In this document: positions 1-11,949 of the stretch, one piece after another | Position numbering within the stretch: position 1 is the stretch's first letter | Layout: each line of letters starts with the position of its first letter | NCBI RefSeq assembly: GCF_001194135.2 | Contig: NC_068985.1 | Location: 10,016,762-10,061,576, forward strand | Length of the DNA: 44,815 nt | Reading direction: 5' to 3' | DNA from: Octopus bimaculoides | Taxonomy: Eukaryota | Notes under the pieces: model-generated | Told to the model about the DNA's origin: nothing | Database searches by the model: none | Seen by the model: only the letters and a program-made list of their open reading frames with translations | Made by a program: the position numbers and the translations under genes

Positions 1-109
1 CATATCAAGATATCAATATATATAAATAAATGTACATGTGTATATATATATATATATTATATTTATATATGTAATATATATGTACATGTATACATACATT
101 CAAACATAT

Positions 110-499
110 ATCTATCTATCAATCTGTCTGTCTGTTTGTCACTCAGTCTGTCTGTCTGTCTGTCTGTCTCTTTCTCGTAGTACATGCATCGGTTTAATTT
201 GATCGACTTTTCCGCTTTGTGAATCAGTGTCTAAAGTCAGCGCTCCATGCAGTTCTGTAATGTCGTCAGTGGATAGTAATTTGCACTTCCAGAGATGCAA
301 TAACTGCAATTTATGGGATGTTTATCGTTACTATGAAGTAAGGTAGACAGAACGTAAAAAAGGGCTGCTCGATTAGGATACACTCACGCGGACGCGCACG
401 CACACACATACTCGCGCACACTCACACACACACACACACACACACACCCGAGCGCGCACACATACACGCACCTCCATATATACACATTTACGTATTTAC

Positions 500-549
<50 letters not shown>

Positions 550-552
550 TTG

Positions 553-631
<79 letters not shown>

Positions 632-660
632 GTCTGTCTATTTATCTATGGATATATATG
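110..660. repeat. Compound microsatellites (TCTG)n, (CA)n, (TCTA)n
   Basis: Directly visible; (TCTA)n about 499-650, (CA)n about 405-450. Confidence 0.95.
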
Positions 661-960
661 TATGAGTATATATGCATATGCATATATTTATGTGTGTATA
701 TATGTGTGTGAACTTGTATTTATGTATGTATTTATCTGTAGAAAAATATATAGAGTGCGAATGAGAAAGAGAGAGAAAGAGAGAGAGAGAGAGAGGAGAG
801 AGGGAGGGGGAGATAGGGGGAGAGAGAAAGAGAGGAAGAGCGCGAGAGAATGTGTAAGAAAGAAGAGAGAAAACCGATGAGTGCAGAAAACAAGCGCAGA
901 TTAAAGAAAAAAAGAAGAGTTACGTGCGGTAAATGAGAAATCATTAAACGCCATGTTTAC

Positions 961-1016
961 CTAATTCGTACAAAATTGTTTAATTCCATCCTCACAGATT
1001 GCACAGTTACCGCCAT
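961..1016 (-). CDS. Candidate first coding exon MAVTVQSVRMELNNFVRI(R/S), product unknown
   Basis: AAAATGGCG start context overlapping YY1-type CCGCCATTTT (1010-1019); ends at AG|GTAAAC donor; no homology recognised. Confidence 0.2.
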
Positions 1017-1183
1017 TTTATTAACAGCAGCCGTTATTACACAAGTGTAATATATTATAGGGATGGAAGGACTTATATATTCGGTTCCGACTAAAATGAA
1101 GACTGGCTCGAAGTTCAAAGAGAATACCGAAAGCAAACGACTGATAATGATGATGGTAATAAAACTAATAGCAATAATAAGAA

Positions 1184-1207
1184 TTATTATTATTATTATT
1201 ATTATTA

Positions 1208-1280
<73 letters not shown>
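1184..1280. repeat. (ATT)n microsatellite
   Basis: Direct; source of poly-Ile pseudo-ORFs. Confidence 0.95.
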
Positions 1281-1539
1281 CATGCAAAGAACAAAGAATA
1301 CAATAGTGATTTTATTGGCCTACTAATAATTTTATTACTACTTCTCTGTGGTTAAGCACCTGTCTCGGACACCATCAACACGTTCCAGTAATTACAACAT
1401 CTGTCTACATCCGATTTTCATATTCATGTTGGCATATATCTCATATTCATACAGCGTATGTGGTGGTGGATCTCCGTCGTTCAACGAAGAGGAATCAGTT
1501 GCTCGATCATCTGAGGTACACTGCAAGGTTACAAGGTTA

Positions 1540-1660
1540 CAGCCTTGTCACAAAGCAAAGCAACATGCTGATTGGTGGGAAAGAGGATTAGGTTAAGCGT
1601 ACATGTATCTGTGGAGTACGCAGCCACTTACACGCTAATTCAAAGTGCAGAGAACTGAGT
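1540..1660 (+). mobile_element. Degenerate 3' fragment of SINE family C
   Basis: gttaagcgtacatgtatctgtggagtacgcagccactt resembles 15926-15962. Confidence 0.5.
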
Positions 1661-1734
1661 TGAACGAAAAATTGATTCCTCATGAGAAAGATCAATTCCA
1701 CATATCTATCTATAAGATTATTATTATTGAGTGC

Positions 1735-2410
1735 AAGAGCAGTGCATACCTTCAAAGTGACACTGGGGTACAAATATACGAAGCCCAATATACCCATCAT
1801 GACTATCCGTCTGATAAGGGTACACCAGGCACATGCATCACAACCATGTGTGCGCGACATGGTGATTTCACATCAAGATAAACAGCGCATGACCTTGCAG
1901 GTGGGGTCCTGTTAGAATTTTCTTCAGGTCGAGTAGCCAATCTCGCTCAAAAGGTTCTTGAATAAGGGTTGTTTAAGGATGTCGAACGAAACACCCATGT
2001 TTCCAGAGGTGAATTATTCAAAGCCAAAAAAATTCTTTTCAACATATGGCTATGATGTTCCCCCATTACTTCTGCTCGTGATCAGAGATGCACATATCAT
2101 CAGCCACCAAGGGACAGACATGCTCAACTGGTTAAGGTCAAACAACTGACAAGCAAATCTGTGGTATTGAGCAGAATATTTGCTGTAGCCCATCTTTTAT
2201 ACCAAGACAAAATGTGTTCATGATAACACTTCCAACCAGTTAAGATAAGAAGCCATGAGAGCCACTGCCTGGTAATGCATCAGAGCATAGCAAATCTGTG
2301 GTATTGAGTAGAATATTTGCTGTAGCTCGTCTTTAACACCGAGTCAAAATATGTACATGATAACTCTTCCAATCAGTTAAGATCAGAAGCCATAAAAGCC
2401 AGTGCCTCTG
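1735..2410 (-). repeat. Unclassified interspersed repeat with local ~140-bp direct duplication (about 2151-2280 vs 2290-2405)
   Basis: Duplication gcaaatctgtggtattgag...agccat.a.agcca.tgcc is visible; repeat status of the rest is from recall only. Confidence 0.45.
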
Positions 2411-2489
2411 CTAAATTATTTTCTAGCTTCTTGCATGTTTGAATAGGAAAGTACCACATAATCTTACAATACTTCAATTCCAGCACACT

Positions 2490-2980
2490 TTCGACCCGAT
2501 GATCATACCATGTGTCTCCAGCTTCAAATCTCTATTTCTGGTAAAGCTTCCGGTATAAAACTTTTACAACTTGGTGATGCCACCATTTCTTATACTCTTC
2601 CTGTACCAGATGCGGACATTATGACACACTGTATGCCACTGTCTCGTTCCAAGTTCCACAGACTTTACATGTTTTTACACATTCTCCCCAAATACATTTT
2701 CCCTCAAATTGTTTTTATCACTTAACCCTGAGCTGCTACAATTAGACTCTCTGTTTCAGTTTTTAATAGCCCCCACTTTTTTTTAACCAAGCACAGGATT
2801 TTGTTCCACATACATCTTTAGTGGCTCTCCAAAACTGACCGTCTAGAGGTTTCTCTTCAATCTGTCTAACGTACTCTCTTTGAATTTCACTCCTATCCTT
2901 TTCCCCCTCTTCCACACTTGATCGTCTGTTTCTTATTCACAGTCTTTAATAATTTCTCTCTGTTGTTCTGGAAATATTGT
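2490..2980 (-). mobile_element. Decayed Dong/R4-like non-LTR retrotransposon fragment (post-RT region and CCHC knuckle)
   Basis: Manual translation with frameshifts: EKPLDGQFWRATK...AWLKK / LKTETESLIVAAQ...; parallels 10551-11080. Confidence 0.7.
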
Positions 2981-3018
2981 AGTGGTTTTTTTTTCTTTTC
3001 TTATAGTCGAGTAGGGTT

Positions 3019-3232
3019 GCGGCGAGCTGGCAGAATCGTTAGCACGCCGGGCGAAAGGCTTACCGGTATTTCGTCTGCCGTTACGTTCTGAGTTCAAATT
3101 CCGCCGAGGTCGACTTTGCCTTTCATCCTTTCGGGGTCGATAAATTAAGTACCAGTTGCGTACTGGAGTCGATCTAATCGACTGGCCCTCTACCCAAAAG
3201 TTTCGGGCCTTGTGCCTTGAGTAAAAAATATT
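3019..3232 (+). mobile_element. SINE family A monomer (tRNA-like head, possibly Meta-type central domain)
   Basis: ggcgagctggcagaatcgttagc...gagttcaaattcc (B box)...gcctttcatcctttcggggtcgataaattaagtacc; more than 15 copies in window. Confidence 0.9.
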
Positions 3233-3234
3233 AT

Positions 3235-4194
3235 NNNNNNNNNNNNNNNNNNNNNNNNNNNNNNNNNNNNNNNNNNNNNNNNNNNNNNNNNNNNNNNNNN
3301 NNNNNNNNNNNNNNNNNNNNNNNNNNNNNNNNNNNNNNNNNNNNNNNNNNNNNNNNNNNNNNNNNNNNNNNNNNNNNNNNNNNNNNNNNNNNNNNNNNNN
3401 NNNNNNNNNNNNNNNNNNNNNNNNNNNNNNNNNNNNNNNNNNNNNNNNNNNNNNNNNNNNNNNNNNNNNNNNNNNNNNNNNNNNNNNNNNNNNNNNNNNN
3501 NNNNNNNNNNNNNNNNNNNNNNNNNNNNNNNNNNNNNNNNNNNNNNNNNNNNNNNNNNNNNNNNNNNNNNNNNNNNNNNNNNNNNNNNNNNNNNNNNNNN
3601 NNNNNNNNNNNNNNNNNNNNNNNNNNNNNNNNNNNNNNNNNNNNNNNNNNNNNNNNNNNNNNNNNNNNNNNNNNNNNNNNNNNNNNNNNNNNNNNNNNNN
3701 NNNNNNNNNNNNNNNNNNNNNNNNNNNNNNNNNNNNNNNNNNNNNNNNNNNNNNNNNNNNNNNNNNNNNNNNNNNNNNNNNNNNNNNNNNNNNNNNNNNN
3801 NNNNNNNNNNNNNNNNNNNNNNNNNNNNNNNNNNNNNNNNNNNNNNNNNNNNNNNNNNNNNNNNNNNNNNNNNNNNNNNNNNNNNNNNNNNNNNNNNNNN
3901 NNNNNNNNNNNNNNNNNNNNNNNNNNNNNNNNNNNNNNNNNNNNNNNNNNNNNNNNNNNNNNNNNNNNNNNNNNNNNNNNNNNNNNNNNNNNNNNNNNNN
4001 NNNNNNNNNNNNNNNNNNNNNNNNNNNNNNNNNNNNNNNNNNNNNNNNNNNNNNNNNNNNNNNNNNNNNNNNNNNNNNNNNNNNNNNNNNNNNNNNNNNN
4101 NNNNNNNNNNNNNNNNNNNNNNNNNNNNNNNNNNNNNNNNNNNNNNNNNNNNNNNNNNNNNNNNNNNNNNNNNNNNNNNNNNNNNNNNNNNNNN
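3235..4194. other. Assembly gap (largest; others at 6269-6547, 7758-8225, 10202-10211, 17357-17366, 20192-20261, 21244-21414, 23446-23823, 29232-29381, 42900-42909)
   Basis: N runs. Confidence 1.
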
Positions 4195-5224
4195 TATACA
4201 CACATGTACGCATACACACACACTGCATATTACAGAATAAATACACCGACAAATATTTTCAAAATGTCTGAAAAAATTAAAATATAAATTATAAGATAAT
4301 TTGATTTGTTTTTTGCTTTGAAAGTAAAGTATAAAAACACACACGTAAAAAAAAAATGAAAACATATCAGTTCTTCGAATTGTTCTCGCCTCTGCTGTAA
4401 ATCTGATTTAAGAACGAATTTCTGGCTTCGTAACTTTTCTTTGAATATCATCGAACGGTCTCTGTTTATTTCCAATCTAGAGAAATATTTAAAGCATAAA
4501 TGAATAAACTCGATGTAATTCGTCTTCTATCTGCTTCCTTCCACCCACTGCTATTTTATCCATAAAACAAATTTTCTGTCAATTTTGAATGCTATTATCT
4601 GCTTCACAGTTTCGTTGCTTTCTCAGATGTCTCACGCAATATGGATATCTCTTAGCTCTTTGCAACATTCAACAACTTGCTGCAGCCGGATATGGTGATA
4701 TTTTTTCTCCCTGAGTAACTTCTATGACAGCCATTTTGGATGCCATATTTCATTGTAGTGTTTCAATTACTTTACATAAAGAAGCTTCATTATACATTAT
4801 CAATCACCTTAAAGGTTAGGAATAAAGATCGGATAAACACATCTGCAGAAAATATCTATTGGTAGATAAATTAAAATCTCACAATATTCATTGCTTGTGT
4901 GATTTATATAATCATATCAAAGCTGGAAAATTTCTTTACGTAAGACGAATAGTAATATCAAACAACCATATATTCACCAGACGACACTGGTAATGGATTA
5001 ATAAATACGTGAGGGGTTTTATAGTTTAATATTAACATTTAGCTTTTTTTTTCTAGTTCAAATTCCATTAAGATCCATCTTGCTATTCATGGTGCCAAGT
5101 TCCTTAAAATTGCTTTTTAGTAATATCTTTGGAATCGATTTCGCTAACTAAATACGCACTTCTATAAACAACTTGATTTGAAACATTGATCCAAAGACTA
5201 TGATAATGGTGATAAAAGAACATG

Positions 5225-5287
5225 GGTGTAATAAAATAATGAAGATGATGATTATGAAGATGATGATAATATGATGATGATGATAAT

Positions 5288-5319
<32 letters not shown>

Positions 5320-5425
5320 CATGATGGTGGTGGTGATGGGGCTGAAGATGATGAGGTTGATGAAGATGATGATGATGATGATGAGGATGGGTATGGTGAT
5401 GATGAAGATGACGATGATGGAGAAG
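5225..5425. repeat. Degenerate (GAT)n microsatellite
   Basis: Direct. Confidence 0.9.
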
Positions 5426-5444
5426 ATAAAAAATAACAACGGTT

Positions 5445-5660
5445 TCTAATTTAAGAAAAAGGCCAATGATTTTTAAGGCGGAGAGGTTATTTGATGACGT
5501 CGACTCCAGTATTTGGTACGTGCTTTATTTTATCGACCCTGGAAAGGATAAAGTCAACGTTCATCTTTGTGGGATTTGAACTCAGAGAACAAAGAGCCGA
5601 AAAAAAAACTACCCAACATTTTTTCAGGTTCTGTAACGGTTCCGGCAATCTGTTATCCTA
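5445..5660 (-). mobile_element. Degenerate SINE family A
   Basis: tttatcgaccctggaaaggataaagtcaac...tttgaactcaga. Confidence 0.6.
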
Positions 5661-5703
<43 letters not shown>

Positions 5704-5771
5704 GTAATAATAATAATAATGATAGTAATAATACAGTTCTATATTTAAGATATGAGGAATGGAGACCCCCC

Positions 5772-5942
5772 CTGTGGGATGAAGCTAAAATAATAGACAG
5801 AGAACACCACTAGAAAATACGAAAACTAAAAGAAGCAGCACATATTTTAGGACACAACAATCTCCTAAGCAGACCGAGTGCAGTTATGAATAGCATATGG
5901 GAACCCGTATTAAGGAAAGATAGGAGAATATTAGATTTATAA
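5772..5942 (+). mobile_element. Penelope/Poseidon-type GIY-YIG endonuclease C-terminal fragment
   Basis: LWDEAKIIDREHH*KIRKLKEAAHILGHNNLLSRPSAVMNSIWEPVLRK matches the W..AKI.DRE..W..RK.KEA.HI...W.P.L end of PLE endonucleases; TAG at the expected Trp. Confidence 0.7.
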
Positions 5943-5965
5943 GCCCTAAAAATTCACTCCATAAT

Positions 5966-6067
5966 TGCCGCATATGGCGTAGTGGTTAAGAGCGCGGGTT
6001 ACTAACCCCAAGATTCCGAGTTTGATTTCAGGCAGTGACCTGAATAATAATAATAATAGTAATAACG

Positions 6068-6129
<62 letters not shown>

Positions 6130-6580
6130 GTCACAGAAAACGAGAAAGCAACCATACTCTGGGATATGCCAATATACACAGATAGAGAAATTAAGGCAAA
6201 TAGACCAGATATAGTTGTCAAAGATCATGAAGAAAAAAAATGCTTTCTAATTGATGTATCAATACCAGNNNNNNNNNNNNNNNNNNNNNNNNNNNNNNNN
6301 NNNNNNNNNNNNNNNNNNNNNNNNNNNNNNNNNNNNNNNNNNNNNNNNNNNNNNNNNNNNNNNNNNNNNNNNNNNNNNNNNNNNNNNNNNNNNNNNNNNN
6401 NNNNNNNNNNNNNNNNNNNNNNNNNNNNNNNNNNNNNNNNNNNNNNNNNNNNNNNNNNNNNNNNNNNNNNNNNNNNNNNNNNNNNNNNNNNNNNNNNNNN
6501 NNNNNNNNNNNNNNNNNNNNNNNNNNNNNNNNNNNNNNNNNNNNNNNCTACTGAACAACAACAACAACAACAACAACAAC

Positions 6581-6644
<64 letters not shown>

Positions 6645-6776
6645 TCGAAAAATACCTTAGGAACGAGAACCCAGGTTCGAAATTTCCCCAAGACACCTGA
6701 TGAAGGCTGGAGGGCACATCAACCCAAACGTTGTGTTAACAACAAACAAGATGAGGACAAATATCCGTCAAATGTA

Positions 6777-6790
<14 letters not shown>
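5966..6790 (+). mobile_element. SINE family G copy 1 (tRNA head, (AAT)n, hammerhead-like tail), interrupted by a LINE fragment
   Basis: Head tggcgtagtggttaagagcgcggg (A box) and tail gagaacccaggttcgaaatttccccaagacacctgatga match 33290-33547. Confidence 0.85.
6129..6555 (+). mobile_element. 5'-truncated Dong/R4-like LINE (RLE domain) inserted in (AAT)n
   Basis: VTENEKATILWDMPIYTDREIKANRPDIVVKDHEEKKCFLIDVSIP = ILWD...RPD...IDV PD-(D/E)xK motif; remainder lies in a gap. Confidence 0.85.
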
Positions 6791-6831
<41 letters not shown>

Positions 6832-7127
6832 TTTTAAAAGGACTGACGTCACTCCTTACAAAGGTAAATAGACAATACGAAGAGCTCGATGCAGTTGCAT
6901 TGGTTTGAACGATGTAATATTTCGACAGCTAGCGTGTCTTTGTTGAGTTCAAAATGAAAAGTGATAAAAATTCGAAATTATAGAAATTCAAAGTTTGAAC
7001 GAGGCAACCAGTGTTCCCACGTTAATGGAATGACATCATCAGTTTTCAATTTTCAAGTTTACAACCGGCAAAAAGAAAAGGATAGAAAAGAGAAAAAAAG
7101 AAAAGAAAAAAGGAAAAAGAAGAATAT

Positions 7128-7590
7128 TTAATCAAACAGTTTTGTGTAAATATGAAGAAATTCTGTCATTTTATTCACCCCTCCAGGGCGTGATGTGAAT
7201 AACTCAAAAATATATTTCTTCTCGTGCATTTTAAGGACTGAAAGTGTAGCAGATTCAAAATATATTCTGAGAATATGCACTTTCAAGTCTTTTTCAAAAT
7301 TGCAGCCGTTTGATGTAAAATGTTCGGCAAGTTTTATCGAACTACTGTTATTGTGCCTGACGTCGAATCTGTGTCCATTGAATATTTTGTTTAATTCTTC
7401 TGTTGTACAACCAACATAAATCAAGTTGTGTTCGGTGCATTCTGCTACGTATATCAAATGGAAATCTTTACACGTCCCACCTTCCGCGTAAATCTTAACA
7501 TTTCTGTTATGATTCCTGATGGAATCGATTTGTCTCACGTTGTTTCACAATGAACAGGGATTAGCTTTACAATGCTATTTTTTAGGCCTA
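7128..7590 (-). pseudogene. PLE-type GIY-YIG endonuclease (136-aa open frame 7128-7538 plus stop-interrupted Cys-rich leader)
   Basis: LIY...C...IYVG, GHR, LAEHF, E, PGGVN motifs; in-frame upstream GGCRPKK*HCKANPCSL*NN. Confidence 0.8.
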
Positions 7591-7699
7591 CAACCACCTA
7601 TATTAATGTTTCTGTTATTATAAACAATTTATATTACCTTCAATAATAATAGCAATATTAATATCTTATAAATATTCGCTTCCGAATATTTTGCTGCTG

Positions 7700-7720
7700 A
7701 TTATATATATATATACATAT

Positions 7721-7757
<37 letters not shown>

Positions 7758-8225
7758 NNNNNNNNNNNNNNNNNNNNNNNNNNNNNNNNNNNNNNNNNNN
7801 NNNNNNNNNNNNNNNNNNNNNNNNNNNNNNNNNNNNNNNNNNNNNNNNNNNNNNNNNNNNNNNNNNNNNNNNNNNNNNNNNNNNNNNNNNNNNNNNNNNN
7901 NNNNNNNNNNNNNNNNNNNNNNNNNNNNNNNNNNNNNNNNNNNNNNNNNNNNNNNNNNNNNNNNNNNNNNNNNNNNNNNNNNNNNNNNNNNNNNNNNNNN
8001 NNNNNNNNNNNNNNNNNNNNNNNNNNNNNNNNNNNNNNNNNNNNNNNNNNNNNNNNNNNNNNNNNNNNNNNNNNNNNNNNNNNNNNNNNNNNNNNNNNNN
8101 NNNNNNNNNNNNNNNNNNNNNNNNNNNNNNNNNNNNNNNNNNNNNNNNNNNNNNNNNNNNNNNNNNNNNNNNNNNNNNNNNNNNNNNNNNNNNNNNNNNN
8201 NNNNNNNNNNNNNNNNNNNNNNNNN

Positions 8226-8266
<41 letters not shown>

Positions 8267-8300
8267 TATGTATATGTTTATTTATGTATGTATGTAATTC

Positions 8301-8340
<40 letters not shown>

Positions 8341-8517
8341 ACGTAGAAAAAGAAAATTCATTCTATCTATTTGCATATTTATGTAATTCACGAGATACTC
8401 CCCCCCACACGCCTACATATAGCTATATATATATCATATGAATACACACACGCAAATATATATACATATATATACATATACATGTGTATATGTATATATA
8501 TATATATATATATATAC

Positions 8518-8577
<60 letters not shown>

Positions 8578-8614
8578 CACCAACACATACATACATACAT
8601 GCATACATACATCA

Positions 8615-8645
<31 letters not shown>
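7700..8645. repeat. (TA)n/(CA)n/(TCTA)n/(CATA)n cluster spanning a gap
   Basis: Direct. Confidence 0.95.
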
Positions 8646-9452
8646 TAAATAATGTCTTGTTTGCATACATACAACTCAAACGCAGTTACCAAAACAGATC
8701 AATAGATGTTCTCAGTGGAAATATGATGCAAAATTGAAATGATTTGTGACTGTTTTCACCCATTTTCTAATTTAATACAAATATGAAATTTCATTTTGCA
8801 TACAGACAAAAACATTACGTTGTCTGTCAATCAAACAGATTCCGCAACGACTGGACAGTTACAGACTCTTACGTTGTGTATAATTCGCTCTCTTGTATTA
8901 ACCGGATAAATTTGGCTTCTTAAATTAATATGCAAAAGTCATAAATACTGTGTATATGCTCATGCAAAGAAACCATATGTAGAAACAGAAACCAATCTGT
9001 GTATGTATCAATTACTAAAATACATACACACACACTACGCACGCGCACACACATATACAGGCATACACACACTTACACACACACACACACACTCAAAAAC
9101 ATACACACAAACACAAAAACGCACACACATTATTTAATGCACACTGTATTAAAATAAGAGCTGCTAATAGTTTCTTGTCGTTGAGACACGTAGCGAGGCA
9201 CTCCACTTTCTGAATCAACCTTCTTATCGTTATTTTGTTCTCGTGGTTTCTTATATATAAGCCTTCTCTATTTCAAATACAGTAAACCAGAACATTGCTT
9301 GGAGACACAAGGCGATTTATAAAAATCTCACTAACCACATGTCTCAAATGCAAAAAATTATTATAATAGTTCTTATTTTAATAAAGTAGACATTAAATGA
9401 TATTTATCCTTCACTGGATGGAGTACATTTTTATTGATACCATCTTAACGGA

Positions 9453-9487
<35 letters not shown>

Positions 9488-9488
9488 C

Positions 9489-9590
9489 TACAGGCTTCGT
9501 TCAGTTTTCGTCTACCAAATCCATTCAAGGCTTTGGTCTGCCCAAGGCTATAGTAAAAGACATTTGTCTAAGATATCTTACAATGCGAGC
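9489..9590 (-). mobile_element. SINE family B fragment
   Basis: ttcagttttcgtctaccaaatcc...ggctatagtaaaagaca. Confidence 0.7.
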
Positions 9591-9846
9591 AATGTCCTAT
9601 GCGGCCCACCTTTTTAAAAAGGGTTACTCATGTCTGTGTTTGATAGCCAGTCACAACGAAAGTGTAAGGGTTTCGAAAAAATTTACCCCAAATTTTAGTA
9701 ATTACAAAAGCATCGGAGAATTTTGTGGGAATTCCATCTCTATGTTTGTGGTATATTCAGCCTGTCGGAGGATAAAGTTCTAAACATAACTTCATTTTGT
9801 TGACGAAACTTTGAGACCAGCCCCTTTGTTGAATTTAACGAGTTGA

Positions 9847-10069
9847 ATAAGGCGGCGAGCAGGCAGAAGCGTTAGCACGCCTGTTGAAATGCTTAGCGGT
9901 ATTTCGTATGTCTTTATGTTCTGAGTTCAAATTCCGCCGAGGTTGACTTTGCCTTTCATCCTTTCGGGGTCGATAAATTAAGTACCAGTTGTGTATTGGT
10001 GGTTCGATGTAACCGACTGGCCCCTGCCCCTTCCCCCAAAATTTAGGGCCTTGTACCTAGAGTAGAAAA
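9847..10069 (+). mobile_element. SINE family A monomer with TSD
   Basis: Flanked by gaatttaacgagttga / gaatttaacgaattga (15/16). Confidence 0.9.
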
Positions 10070-10170
10070 GAATTTAACGAATTGACAGACCTGAATTAAA
10101 AGAAGTTTATGCTAGTGCAAATTTAGAATATCCGGAATCTAGTTTGGAAAATTTTATTACTAACCACGGA

Positions 10171-10201
<31 letters not shown>

Positions 10202-10211
10202 NNNNNNNNNN

Positions 10212-10253
<42 letters not shown>

Positions 10254-10550
10254 CATGTAAGTCAATCTATTACTCGATTAAATATTCAGAAACTAAATCG
10301 TCAACCTCACCAGGCTAAGTGGTTGAAGACCGTTGCTAGGAACCAAGCAGGACACAATCAAGACATGTCAAGTGTGCGGAGGCGTAGGAATATTCAAGAT
10401 ATTAAATAAGTGCATTATGATAAATAGACTTGTACTTTGTAGCCGTCGTGAAGGGTAACTTGTATAAAAGTCGTTCACCCAGAATGCTTGTGAGAGGAAG
10501 ATAATAAAATTTTACCTGCAATCGTTGTCATATGTGTGGAACAAAAACCC

Positions 10551-11080
10551 TGGGCTTGTTTGAAAACAAAATTAATGAAAGAAACAGAGAACCTTATTAT
10601 TGCAGCTCAAGACCAAGCACTAAAAACAAACGACTAATGAAAATATGTGTATGGGCAGAAGGTGTCAGCAAAAGGTGAAGTGTGTGGAATTTGGAATGAA
10701 ACAACGGCACACATTGTTGCACAATGTCCCACGCTGTCCCAGAGAGAATATAAGAAATTGAGGCGTGACTGAGTTGTGAAAGTTTTACACTGGAAGCTTT
10801 GTTAGAAATGGGGATTTGAAGTTGAAAGTACATCAAGTCGAAAGAGTGCTGGAGTCGGAGAAATGCAAGATTTTGTGGACTTTCCTATTCAAGGAAAAAG
10901 AAGCTAAAAAATAATAGACCAGACATAACAATAATACGTAAGGAAGAGCAAAGTTATTTACTAATTGATCCGTCGTGTCTGTTTGATTCCAGGACTGTAA
11001 AGAAGGAGGATGAAAAATTAAAATTACAATCCCTTAAAATTTGAAATTGCAAGAATTTACAGTATGAAAACTGTAAAGAA
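10551..11080 (+). mobile_element. Decayed Dong/R4-like LINE fragment (CCHC knuckle + RLE)
   Basis: WACLKTKLMKETENLIIAAQDQALKTN...CGIWNETTAHIVAQCPTLSQREYKKLRRD*VVKVLHWKLC*KWGF...KILW...RPDITII...LIDPSC; several stops and frameshifts. Confidence 0.85.
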
Positions 11081-11417
11081 ACAATGATGAGGTCACTATA
11101 AGAAAATAGCATTCATCAATTCAGTCATGAAACCCCACTGCATAGCAGCCGTACTTGACCACTTGTTGAGCTCAGAATTTATTGAGGATAGTCATGCCTT
11201 AAATGAAAACAAACAAAAGAATGTACATCCTTAAAATCTACTGAGTGAATAGCAAAATAAATTCACCGCCACTACACACACACCTCCATCCCCATATAAC
11301 TACCATTGCTTCTTCTATTCCCATTACCTTCCACTCCTTCCCACCAAATTCACACAGAAATAACTGCATAACTCACTTGAAGGAATAATAGAGCCATACA
11401 AAATTTATATATATATA

Positions 11418-11598
11418 CTTACATGTAAGAGACCAAAGTGTACGTACGCCGCTTTATTTTATATATAAAAAAACACAAAAATGGAACAAGAACGCAAAAG
11501 ATCCAGACAGTTAGGTGATATAGAAAAGAGACAACAAAACACAGAAAAACGAGGATTGAAAACTCCGAATGACGTACACTTTGGCCTCTTATATGTAA

Positions 11599-11599
<1 letters not shown>
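11418..11599. mobile_element. 182-bp MITE with 28-bp TIRs inside (TA)n
   Basis: cttacatgtaagagaccaaagtgtacgt vs reverse complement of acgtacactttggcctcttatatgtaag (26/28), TA flanks. Confidence 0.75.
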
Positions 11600-11668
<69 letters not shown>

Positions 11669-11949
11669 TTACATATAAGTATATATTTCTCCCTCTCTCA
11701 CATTTCCTGGCCTTCTCTTCATGCTGACTTTCCCTCTTCTTTCACTTCACTGTGTCTCTTTCATTTTTTCTCGCCCCTCCTTAATTCATCTAGTCCTCTG
11801 CCTCTACCTCTCTCTCTTCTCTTCCACGTGACCGGTGTTCGGCCAAGCCTGACCTTTCTTTCTTGGTTCAATTACCATCCGTGCAACATCTGTATTCCTC
11901 CCTGTGCCCGTCAAACTTTATGTCCCTGCCGTAAGGCTTTACTCTCACT

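Noticed and set aside
293-337. 45-nt plus exon candidate
   Set aside because: Two frames open, no way to discriminate, no homology
7005-7045. CTGATGA / possible SECIS downstream of the GIY-YIG ORF
   Set aside because: GAAC instead of GAAA and no UGAN/NGAN quartet by eye
7671-7692. 9-bp AT-rich hairpin
   Set aside because: Expected by chance at this base composition
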